From contig JAZNOU010000001.1 in assembly GCA_045589295.1 (NCBI GenBank), forward strand, positions 1 through 64,000: a stretch of DNA of 64,000 nt. The letters run 5' to 3'. The position numbers were made by a program, and so were the translations under genes. This DNA comes from Clostridia bacterium. GTDB lineage: Bacteria; Bacillota; Clostridia; RGIG6154. Of the stretch, positions 1-8,096 are shown piece by piece (the first letter of the stretch is position 1; each line of letters opens with the position of its first letter). Below the pieces are notes generated by a model. It made no database searches, had not been told where the DNA came from, and saw only the letters and a program-made list of their open reading frames with translations.

Positions 1-11
1 TCTTTTTTCAT
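1..11 (-). CDS. Start of a gene running off the left window edge (MKK...), product unknown, possibly transposase/recombinase
   Basis: ATG at 11-9, GGAGG RBS at 24-20, extended -10 TGTTATAAT at 68-60 on minus strand; only 3 codons visible. Confidence 0.5.
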
Positions 12-15
12 AGAT

Positions 16-81
16 AAATCCTCCAATGTGTTTTTATTTTCGACTGGCAGGTCGCATTTATTATAACACATTGGAGGATTT
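16..81. repeat. Perfect 17-bp inverted repeat (AAATCCTCCAATGTGTT) covering promoter and RBS of the edge gene
   Basis: Arms at 16-32 and 65-81, 32-bp spacer. Confidence 0.9.
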
Positions 82-105
82 TTGTTCATCGGTTAACCTT
101 TTTAG

Positions 106-128
106 AACCACGCGACTATCGCGTGGTT
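106..128. repeat. GC-rich 10-bp hairpin AACCACGCGA-cta-TCGCGTGGTT
   Basis: Perfect inverted repeat with 3-nt loop. Confidence 0.8.
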
Positions 129-138
129 TTCGTTATAC

Positions 139-172
139 AAAAAGGAGCAAGGTATATTTCAACCTTGCTCCT
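139..172 (-). terminator. Rho-independent terminator downstream of XRE gene
   Basis: AGGAGCAAGGT/ACCTTGCTCCT stem (143-153/162-172) followed by U-tract on minus strand. Confidence 0.8.
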
Positions 173-198
173 ATAGGATATATGCTATTTAGTTCAAC

Positions 199-210
199 AA
201 ATTGGAATTT
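199..210 (-). repeat. Cassette-boundary site B, copy 1 (AAATTCCAATTT on gene strand)
   Basis: Overlaps TAA stop of 209..817; identical 12-mer at 39446-39457. Confidence 0.8.
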
Positions 211-817
211 ATTTCTTGGTTAGTTTTTTGCACCAAGTCCATTTTCCACATTTAGTACACTTCAACAATCTTCTGGTTGGCGTTTGCATCAACAAGGCAA
301 TCTCTTTATAGTTAGGAACATACATATGTTGACAGTTCTTACATTCATAATACCCTGTCTCTACCTTAAATTTAAGAGCAATAATGCAAGGAATTATAAA
401 TAGTATAACAGACACTATTATCAAAAAGTCTTGAAATCCACATTCAGGGATAAGGAGTGATATTAAAGTCATCAGACAAATAAGTGCTACCAGGCTGGTT
501 GCGACAATCACATATGCGGAATGCAGCAGTCGTTTATGATATCTTTCCTCATTTTTTGCCATCTGAAAAATCAGTTCATTTAATTGTTCATCCTTTTGTT
601 CCATATCAATTATCTCCCCGCATAATAATTCATTTACATTTATTCCAAGAATATAACAAAGGTCGAGCATAATATCGGAATCGGGCATTGCTTTGCCTGT
701 CTCCCATTTTGATATTGCTCTGTCGGTTATATTCAATTTTTCTGCCAACTGTGCTTGTGTAAGATTTTTCTTTTTTCTGCACTCGGCAATAAACTTTCCT
801 ATTTTGATTTGGTCCAT
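209..817 (-). CDS. XRE-family HTH regulator with two TM helices and C-terminal zinc ribbon
   Basis: N-terminal LTQAQLAEKLNITDRAISKWETG HTH_3; hydrophobic segments; CKNC...CTKC; GGAGG RBS. Confidence 0.9.
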   Translation of the reverse strand: MDQIKIGKFIAECRKKKNLTQAQLAEKLNITDRAISKWETGKAMPDSDIMLDLCYILGINVNELLCGEIIDMEQKDEQLNELIFQMAKNEERYHKRLLHSAYVIVATSLVALICLMTLISLLIPECGFQDFLIIVSVILFIIPCIIALKFKVETGYYECKNCQHMYVPNYKEIALLMQTPTRRLLKCTKCGKWTWCKKLTKK

Positions 818-838
818 AGTCTACCTCCTTTCACTTTA

Positions 839-904
839 ATTGTAGCACCTTTTAAGAAAAATAACACAAACTAATGGTTGAAAGGGGAGAAATCAACCAT
901 TAGT
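839..904 (-). promoter_or_regulatory. Internal promoter (extended -10 TGCTACAAT, 847-839) and 12-bp inverted-repeat operator of XRE gene
   Basis: ACTAATGGTTGA (870-881)/TCAACCATTAGT (893-904); autoregulation is inferred. Confidence 0.6.
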
Positions 905-923
905 AGAGTGAAAATTGAACGTC

Positions 924-935
924 AAATTCTTATTT
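924..935 (+). repeat. Cassette-boundary site A, copy 1 (AAATTCTTATTT)
   Basis: Identical 12-mer at 39741-39752; 924-943 matches the reverse complement of 191-210 at 16/20. Confidence 0.8.
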
Positions 936-998
936 GTCTAACTGTTTTATTATCTATATAGACTGATAAATTAGAAAAAAGTTTCAATCTATGACTAT

Positions 999-1027
999 AT
1001 TATATCATACTTTTGCTCATTTGTCAC
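999..1027 (-). promoter_or_regulatory. Sigma-A promoter facing the cassette site
   Basis: GTGACA (1027-1022), 17 bp, TATAAT (1004-999), with TG extension. Confidence 0.7.
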
Positions 1028-1054
1028 GTTACAGAGATAAAATCAACAAAATTG

Positions 1055-2371
1055 TTAACTTAACATACCTTTTAAGGCAAAGGATATAGGCTTGTCCTTA
1101 AACTTGTTAAGTGGTATCTTTTTAGCCTGATTGGATAACAGAGTAATTATATCATAGGCTTGTTCAAGATAGGATTTGTGCTTGTTCTTCTCAACCCAAT
1201 AGAATAGTGCAAGGTAGTAGTCAAGAAATTTGGAAGATACACCATGATACAGATACATAAAATCACTTATATTGTGGTGATAACCATTGATATGACCAAG
1301 ACTATATCCACCACTTGTATGCTTTCCGCTTGGAATTTGCTTTAATGGTATCTTGTGCTTGTTTGCTACCGTCTTATATGCTCTGTGGCTGTCTGTAATC
1401 AAAACAGTATCTTCCGTAAAGTGTGGTAAAAGTGTTTTTTCAATATGACTTGCCCATATTCTGCCAACACAAACAGTTTGCAAGAAATGGTTATTATTTC
1501 TATCAACACAAGACAAACTACATACTTGCTGATTGCTGATACCTCTCTTTTTCTTCTGCTGTTCATTCAATGTCTTCAAGACCTGAATAATTTTCTCTGT
1601 ATCCATACCATTTAGGGCATTGGAGAACTTTTCTTGTGATTTTAAATCATCGTCATTGACGTAGTTAAGCAACTCATTTCTATCCTGTTCTTCATTTTTA
1701 ATGAGAGATTGTAGGAAAGCATTGTCAAATCCTTGTTTCTCAATATATTCGAGTTTTTGTTTGTAATTTCTATGAGTATATGGCATTCTGCCAAGTGTAT
1801 TCAAGAAAAACATTGGGGCTTTTATGTCCTTGAAAGACAAAGGATAGTAATACTCGTCACTCTCTGCTAAACTCTTGAAATCGTCTTGATTGCACACAAA
1901 CTGATGAAGAACAGAACATATCCTATGTCTGTTGTGTAATACTGTCTGCTTGTTGATACCAAGTTCTTTTGCTATGGTACGGCAACTCTCCCCTTGTAAA
2001 GTTAACTTGATAAACTCAATCCACTTTACAATAGATAATTTGGAGCGAAAAGCAACAGTACCAAAGGTATCCCCAAAAGTTCTTGCACAGTCTTTACATT
2101 TGTATCTCTGTCTGCCATTTTTTGTGCCATTCTTAATAATCTTGATTGAACCACAAATAGGACAAACAACAGTATCTAAATCCTTATTTGCAGAATAACT
2201 CCTACGTTCTCTGCAACATTGAAGAAAGACCTTTTCTTCCTTTGTTAGTTTGGATTGTTCACTTCTCTTTGTTTGCAAAATGGATAGCAACTCCAAAATT
2301 TGCTCGTCAGTAAGATTTGCAAAAGAGATTTGCTTTTGAATATCATTGAAATTAGAATTAAAACCAGTCAT
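1055..2371 (-). CDS. IS1595-family transposase (ISPna2-like, DDN triad)
   Basis: Zn ribbon CPICGS...RYKCKDC, HTH, ESDEYY, RGIS..QVC, LITDSHRAY, HINGYH, HGVSSKFLDYYL; start reassigned to ATG 2371 with GGAGG RBS. Confidence 0.9.
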   Translation of the reverse strand: MTGFNSNFNDIQKQISFANLTDEQILELLSILQTKRSEQSKLTKEEKVFLQCCRERRSYSANKDLDTVVCPICGSIKIIKNGTKNGRQRYKCKDCARTFGDTFGTVAFRSKLSIVKWIEFIKLTLQGESCRTIAKELGINKQTVLHNRHRICSVLHQFVCNQDDFKSLAESDEYYYPLSFKDIKAPMFFLNTLGRMPYTHRNYKQKLEYIEKQGFDNAFLQSLIKNEEQDRNELLNYVNDDDLKSQEKFSNALNGMDTEKIIQVLKTLNEQQKKKRGISNQQVCSLSCVDRNNNHFLQTVCVGRIWASHIEKTLLPHFTEDTVLITDSHRAYKTVANKHKIPLKQIPSGKHTSGGYSLGHINGYHHNISDFMYLYHGVSSKFLDYYLALFYWVEKNKHKSYLEQAYDIITLLSNQAKKIPLNKFKDKPISFALKGMLS

Positions 2372-2501
2372 AAAATAGTTCCTCCACAAAATGTACTTGT
2401 AAAGGAACGTAATTTTTTATGTTAGTAACAATTCTATTTATGCATAATTATATTTAAAATTGTATATTTTTTGTTCATCAACACTCATATAGGACAGAGA
2501 C
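1055..2501 (-). mobile_element. IS1595-family element, upstream terminal repeat at about 2477-2501; second end not found in window
   Basis: GTCTCTGTCCTATATGAGTGTTGAT on minus resembles IS1595 ends; abuts AT-rich TAAAATTA at ftsH stop. Confidence 0.65.
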
Positions 2502-2506
2502 TAAAA

Positions 2507-4318
2507 TTATATACTTGTAAAAAGTTGTTCAAATTCTTCGCCGTCAATTTTTTCTTTTTCAATTAAGGCTTGAGCAATTATATGAAGTTTATCAATATTT
2601 TCTTTCAAAAGTCTTATACACTCATTATAACCATTATCAATAATGTTTCTGATTTCATTATCGATTTTTGCGGCAATTTCTTCTGAGTACACCTTGGTGT
2701 GTCCCATATCTCTGCCAATAAACACTTCTTCCTGTTCAGAATCGTAAAATACTGTACCAAGTGCTTCGCTCATACCATATTTTGTAACCATGGACCTTGC
2801 GATAGAAGTAGCACGTTGAATATCATTTGATGCACCTGTACTTATATCATCAAGCACAAGCTTTTCAGCAACACGTCCTGCTAAAAGAACAACTATATTG
2901 TTCTGCATTTCCTTTTTGGAGTTATACATTTTATCTTCTGTAGGAAGATGCATTGTATACCCGCCTGCTCTTCCGCGAGGTATGATAGAAACCTGATGAA
3001 CAGGGTCTTGGTCGGGCATAAGTCTTGTTACAATCGCGTGACCTGCTTCGTGGTAAGCAGTAAGTTTTTTCTCCTTGTCACTAATTTTTCTTGACTTTTT
3101 CTCCTGACCTACAACAACCTTAATCATAGCTTCATTAAGGTCTGACATAGAAATAGCATTTCTTTCGTGTTTAACTGCTAAAAGTGCAGCTTCATTCATG
3201 AGATTTTCAAGTTCTGCACCTGTAAAACCTGCAGTTGTTTTAGCCACAACTTCAAGCTGAACATCTTCACCCAAAGGCTTGTTTTTTGCATGAACCTTTA
3301 ATATTTCTTCTCTTCCCTTAACGTCAGGGTAACCAACTACAACCTGTCTGTCAAATCTGCCCGGTCTTAAAAGTGCTGGGTCTAAAATATCCGGTCTGTT
3401 TGTTGCAGCCAAAATGATAATACCCTCGTAAACGCCAAATCCGTCCATTTCAACAAGGAGCTGATTAAGTGTCTGTTCTCTTTCATCGTGACCACCACCA
3501 AGGCCTGCGCCTCTTCTTCTGCCAACGGCATCAATTTCATCAATAAACACAATGCAAGGTGAGTTTTTCTTTGCCTGTTCAAACAAATCTCTTACACGTG
3601 ATGCACCAACTCCGACAAACATTTCAACAAAGTCAGAACCGCTTATTGAGAAAAACGGGACACCCGCTTCACCAGCAACGGCTTTTGCTAAAAGTGTTTT
3701 ACCTGTTCCCGGAGGACCCACCAACAACACACCTTTAGGAATTCTTGCTCCCATTGCCTGAAATTTTGCCGGATCTTTCAAGAAAGCAACAACTTCCTGA
3801 AGTTCTTCTTTCTCTTCGTCTTCACCTGCAACGTCGTCAAATCCTACTTTTTTACTTCCCTCATTTGCCATTTTAGCACGAACTTTTCCAAAAGACATAG
3901 CACCACGTCCGCCACTACCGCCTTTGCCATTCATAATAAATATCCATGCAAGCATAAATAACGCAAGAATAATTATTCCTGGAAGAAGTGATGTCCACCA
4001 AGGTGTTTCTGCAGGTGCAGGTGTTTCGTAATCAAGTGTTCCTGCATCTACTTGTTTTTTTATAGAATCGCCTACGTCTTTATATAAAATTTCGATAGAG
4101 GGAATGCTTGATTCAAACTTCGTATTATCAATTCTAGTTGCTACAGCAAAATTTTCTGTTATCTGCAAGTTTTTCAAGCTTCCTGCCTGAATTTCTTTAA
4201 CAAGTTCTGAATATATTTTAACCTCTGTTGCAGGCTCCGAATAAAAGTATGACACTAACAACAGGATTACAACAAAAAGCGCAATATAAAATGCCATACT
4301 TTTCAAATTTTTCTTCAA
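2507..4318 (-). CDS. ftsH: ATP-dependent zinc metalloprotease FtsH
   Basis: Two TM helices, [20 protein letters not shown]; likely TTG start at 4318 after GGGAGG. Confidence 0.97.
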   Translation of the reverse strand: MKKNLKSMAFYIALFVVILLLVSYFYSEPATEVKIYSELVKEIQAGSLKNLQITENFAVATRIDNTKFESSIPSIEILYKDVGDSIKKQVDAGTLDYETPAPAETPWWTSLLPGIIILALFMLAWIFIMNGKGGSGGRGAMSFGKVRAKMANEGSKKVGFDDVAGEDEEKEELQEVVAFLKDPAKFQAMGARIPKGVLLVGPPGTGKTLLAKAVAGEAGVPFFSISGSDFVEMFVGVGASRVRDLFEQAKKNSPCIVFIDEIDAVGRRRGAGLGGGHDEREQTLNQLLVEMDGFGVYEGIIILAATNRPDILDPALLRPGRFDRQVVVGYPDVKGREEILKVHAKNKPLGEDVQLEVVAKTTAGFTGAELENLMNEAALLAVKHERNAISMSDLNEAMIKVVVGQEKKSRKISDKEKKLTAYHEAGHAIVTRLMPDQDPVHQVSIIPRGRAGGYTMHLPTEDKMYNSKKEMQNNIVVLLAGRVAEKLVLDDISTGASNDIQRATSIARSMVTKYGMSEALGTVFYDSEQEEVFIGRDMGHTKVYSEEIAAKIDNEIRNIIDNGYNECIRLLKENIDKLHIIAQALIEKEKIDGEEFEQLFTSI

Positions 4319-4413
4319 AATAAAATTGCCTCCCAAATCATAATTTTTCACATAATATCATAAATACATTTCGTTTTCAATAAAAACGGCATAAATTTCA
4401 TAAAGATTTCACT

Positions 4414-4950
4414 TTATTCGTAAACTTCTCTCTTTAAAACACCCACGAAAGGAATATTTCTGTATTTTTCATTATAGTCAAGGCCATATCCTACAACAAA
4501 CTCATCTGGAATTGTAAAGCCTTTATATGTAACTTCAACAGGTGCGGTTCTTCTTTCCGGTTTATCTAAAAGTGTTACTATCTTTACACTTTTAGGGTTT
4601 CTGGTAGACAAAAGCTTTGTTAAGTGTGAAAGAGTATTTCCACTATCTAAAATATCTTCAATAATAAGCACATTTTTACCTTCGATTGGCTGATTTAAAT
4701 CTTTAACAATTCTCACAACACCGCTTGATTTTGAATCACATCCATAGCTTGAAAGACACATAAAATCAATTTCTACAGGTATTTTTATTTGTCTCAAAAG
4801 GTCGGCGGCAAACACAACACTACCTTTTAGAATTGTCACAATCAAAAGCTGTTCGCCTTGATAATCATTTGTAATTTTTTCACCAATTTCTTTTACCTTT
4901 TCAGCAATTTCCTGTTCGGTAATAAGAACTCTTTCAACATCATTTAACAT
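4414..4950 (-). CDS. hpt: Hypoxanthine phosphoribosyltransferase
   Basis: VLIIEDILDSGNTL, FVVGYGLDY; tilS-hpt-ftsH synteny. Confidence 0.97.
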   Translation of the reverse strand: MLNDVERVLITEQEIAEKVKEIGEKITNDYQGEQLLIVTILKGSVVFAADLLRQIKIPVEIDFMCLSSYGCDSKSSGVVRIVKDLNQPIEGKNVLIIEDILDSGNTLSHLTKLLSTRNPKSVKIVTLLDKPERRTAPVEVTYKGFTIPDEFVVGYGLDYNEKYRNIPFVGVLKREVYE

Positions 4951-6278
4951 ACTTTTTCTCCTTTGACTACTAACACTTTTTCTGTTTTTTCCGTAATTTT
5001 ATATAGTTCACTTCTTCTAACGCCATAAAGCCACAAAATGTCTTTGCACTCTATTATGGGAAGATTTTTTCTTATATTCAAAGGCACTTTATCCTTTATA
5101 AGAATATCTTTTACCTTAACTTCACTATTTTTCCCAAACGGAATCATTTTATCACCATTTTTACGGGATCTGATAACAATTTTTTCGGTTAAAACTGAAA
5201 AATCAAAGAGCTGAGTATTTTCAGAAAACTCAATTTGACTTTTTGAAACAACTTCTGAAGTAAATTTAATTCCCGCCTCTTTGACATATACTTCCCCGTT
5301 TAATGGCAATATATAACTGTAATCGGCTTCAGTAACTCTTTTTTCAAATATGATATAATCATACTCCGATCTGCACTTTACGCCAAAACACAAATCGATT
5401 ATTGTTCCGTTTTTTCTTCCAAAATTTTGTATTATATAATCTATATGCTTTTTTTCAAAATCTTTGCCTGTTCCAGCAACAAAAGTATAAGCTTTTAGCA
5501 AAACTCTCGCCTTAACAGAATTTTCGAGTAAAGCAAACTTTTCTTTTTCAATATAAGCACATTCCTGGTTAAAACTCAAAAATTTTTCTGCCAATTTATC
5601 AAGATACACATCATCTTGTGTTAAAACAAAACTTGTTTTTGCTATATTTTCAAGCGCTTTAGGGTTAATTTCCAAAAGCTTAGGTATAACACTGCCTCTT
5701 ATTTTATTTCTTGAGTAGTCCTCTGAAAAATTCGTTTTGTCTGTTACAAAATCCTGAGAATTTAACCTTGCAAATTCTTCAATTTCACCTCTTGAAACAT
5801 CAATCAACGGTCTTATTATTTTGCCTCTTGTTTTGGGGATTCCACAAAGTCCTTTAATCCCTGAGCCACGAACAAGATTAAGCAAAACAGTTTCTGCATT
5901 GTCATCAAGATTATGTGCAACGGCTATTTTTGTAAATGCGTATTTGCAACACAGACTTTCAAAAAAGTCATATCTTGTATCACGCCCTGCAAGTTCAAGG
6001 CTTACGCCCCTTTGTTGTGCAACAGATGGAATGTCAATTTTTCTAACGAAAATTTTAACACCGATTTTTTCTGCAAAAGTTTCACAAAAACTCTGATCCA
6101 AATCAGCTTCTTCCCTAATGCAATGATTTACGTGGGCGACAGCAAATTCAAAACCAAGTTGTTTTAAAGCAAGGCAAAGACACACCGAATCACAACCGCC
6201 CGATAATGCTACAAGAATTTTGTCTTCGGCATTTAGCATATCGTTATCAGATATTGTCTTTTTAACCTTGTCTAACAT
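4944..6278 (-). CDS. tilS: tRNA(Ile)-lysidine synthase
   Basis: SGGCDS PP-loop, AHNLDDNAET, RNKIR. Confidence 0.95.
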   Translation of the reverse strand: MLDKVKKTISDNDMLNAEDKILVALSGGCDSVCLCLALKQLGFEFAVAHVNHCIREEADLDQSFCETFAEKIGVKIFVRKIDIPSVAQQRGVSLELAGRDTRYDFFESLCCKYAFTKIAVAHNLDDNAETVLLNLVRGSGIKGLCGIPKTRGKIIRPLIDVSRGEIEEFARLNSQDFVTDKTNFSEDYSRNKIRGSVIPKLLEINPKALENIAKTSFVLTQDDVYLDKLAEKFLSFNQECAYIEKEKFALLENSVKARVLLKAYTFVAGTGKDFEKKHIDYIIQNFGRKNGTIIDLCFGVKCRSEYDYIIFEKRVTEADYSYILPLNGEVYVKEAGIKFTSEVVSKSQIEFSENTQLFDFSVLTEKIVIRSRKNGDKMIPFGKNSEVKVKDILIKDKVPLNIRKNLPIIECKDILWLYGVRRSELYKITEKTEKVLVVKGEKVC

Positions 6279-6281
6279 AAT

Positions 6282-7622
6282 CTATTCCCTTGTATTATCA
6301 ACACTGACAAATGTGGTGTTCTGAGGACGCCACATAAGTTTTACTCTTCCTGTTGAACCACTTCTGTGTTTTGCTATAATAAGCTCTGCCATAGAGTTTT
6401 GACCTTCTTGTTGTTCTTCTTCCTGTTCAGGTTTATATAAGAACATAACAACGTCGGCGTCTTGCTCGATTGCTCCTGATTCTCTAAGGTCTGAAAGTAC
6501 CGGAGTCTTATCCGTTCTTGTTTCAATTGAACGTGAGAGCTGACTTAATGTAAGCACCGGAACCTCAAGTTCTTTTGCCATAACCTTAAGTGATCTTGAC
6601 ATTTCCGAAACTTCCTGTTGTCTGCTTTCAGAACGACCTTTCCCCTGCATAAGCTGTAAGTAATCGACAATTACAAGTCCAAGGCCGTGTTCAAGTTTTA
6701 ATCTTCTGCATTTTGAACGGATTTCTGTTACACTTATCATAGATGTATCATCAATAAAGAGCGGAGCTTCTGACATTGGGACTGCCGCCTGCATTAATCT
6801 TTCCCAATCGCTTGCGTCAAGTCGTCCGGTTTTTAATTTTTCACTATCAACCATTGCCTGTGATGAAATAATTCTGTTTGTAAGTTCTTCTTCAGACATT
6901 TCAAGACTGAAAACCGCAACAGGAATTTTATTTTTAACTGCAACGTGTTTTGCGATATTAAGTGCAAAACTTGTTTTACCAATACCAGGTCTTGCCGCCA
7001 GAATATTCAATGTACCCTTTTGCAAGCCTGACAAAATGTAATCAAGATGAGAAAAGCCGGTTTCTAACCCTGTAATTCTGAGGTTCATACCCTGTAATTC
7101 CTCAAGTCTTGCAAAGTTTCTTTGAATTACATCGCCCATTTTGCTAAAAGATTTAGACATTCTCCCCTGCAAAACATCAAAAATAAGTTTTTCCGCAGTT
7201 TCAGCAATAGCTGCAGGGCTGTCAGATGCCTCATAGCTTAATCTGGAAATATGTCCCGAAGCTTCTATGAGGTTTCTTAAAAGCGCCTTTTCTTTTATTA
7301 TATCAACATAGTATTTAATATTTGCCGTCGTCTGTATACTTATAGCCAGATTTGCTATAAATTCACTTGACCCAACCGTTTCCAAAACTTGTTTTTGTGA
7401 CAAAATATCACACACGGTTACAACATCAATAGGCTTATTCTGTTCAAAAAGTGTGAGCATTGCAGAAAAAACTTCCTTGTTTTCTGCACGGTAAAAATCA
7501 TCAGCTGTCAAGTTTTCAAGAGCTACCGCAACACTTTCTTCATCATTGAGCATTGCGCCTAATACTGACTGTTCCGCCTCTAAACTATACGGCGGAATTT
7601 TAGCGCCTAAATATTCTTCCAT
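6282..7622 (-). CDS. dnaB: Replicative DNA helicase
   Basis: PPYSLEAEQSVLG, ARPGIGKT, VDYLQL, LSDLRESGAIEQDAD. Confidence 0.97.
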   Translation of the reverse strand: MEEYLGAKIPPYSLEAEQSVLGAMLNDEESVAVALENLTADDFYRAENKEVFSAMLTLFEQNKPIDVVTVCDILSQKQVLETVGSSEFIANLAISIQTTANIKYYVDIIKEKALLRNLIEASGHISRLSYEASDSPAAIAETAEKLIFDVLQGRMSKSFSKMGDVIQRNFARLEELQGMNLRITGLETGFSHLDYILSGLQKGTLNILAARPGIGKTSFALNIAKHVAVKNKIPVAVFSLEMSEEELTNRIISSQAMVDSEKLKTGRLDASDWERLMQAAVPMSEAPLFIDDTSMISVTEIRSKCRRLKLEHGLGLVIVDYLQLMQGKGRSESRQQEVSEMSRSLKVMAKELEVPVLTLSQLSRSIETRTDKTPVLSDLRESGAIEQDADVVMFLYKPEQEEEQQEGQNSMAELIIAKHRSGSTGRVKLMWRPQNTTFVSVDNTRE

Positions 7623-7634
7623 AAAAATGCTCCT

Positions 7635-8078
7635 TTACGCTTCGGTAATTACAACTTTAAGCTTGCCTGTTACATCAGGATAAAGCTTAACCGAAACTTC
7701 AAAAGTTCCTGTTTGTTTAATATCTTCCATTTCAAAACGTCTTTTGTCAATTTTAATATGATGCTGACTTACAAGTGCTTCTGCAATATCTTTATTTGTA
7801 ACAGAACCAAAAAGCTTACCGTTAGCACCTGCTTTTGCCTTTAAGCTTACGCTGATACCACTAAGTTTTGACTGCATTTCTTTTGCTTCAGCTAACTCTG
7901 TCTGTTTTTTGTATGCAAAAGCCTCGTCTTTACCTTTCATATCGTTTATTGCAGCATTTGTTGCCTCAACAGCAAGCCCTTTGGGAAGAAGAAAATTTCG
8001 TGCATAACCATCACTTACATTGATAGTTTGTCCCTTTTTCCCCTGTCCTTTAACATCCTGCATTAATATAACTTTCAT
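7635..8078 (-). CDS. rplI: 50S ribosomal protein L9
   Basis: [33 protein letters not shown]. Confidence 0.98.
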   Translation of the reverse strand: MKVILMQDVKGQGKKGQTINVSDGYARNFLLPKGLAVEATNAAINDMKGKDEAFAYKKQTELAEAKEMQSKLSGISVSLKAKAGANGKLFGSVTNKDIAEALVSQHHIKIDKRRFEMEDIKQTGTFEVSVKLYPDVTGKLKVVITEA

Positions 8079-8096
8079 TGTAATATCCCCTTTTTA

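Noticed and set aside
79-90. TTTTTGTTCATC shared with 2468-2479
   Set aside because: Short T-rich direct match that does not extend; treated as chance.
26-223. 65-aa plus-strand ORF at left edge
   Set aside because: No RBS; it runs through hairpins and a terminator; the regulatory signals point to the minus strand.
1031-1050. ACAGAGATAAAATCAACA just after the transposase stop as the second IS1595 terminal repeat
   Set aside because: It is in direct, not inverted, orientation relative to 2477-2501, and the ACAGAG and ATCAACA parts are in the wrong order.
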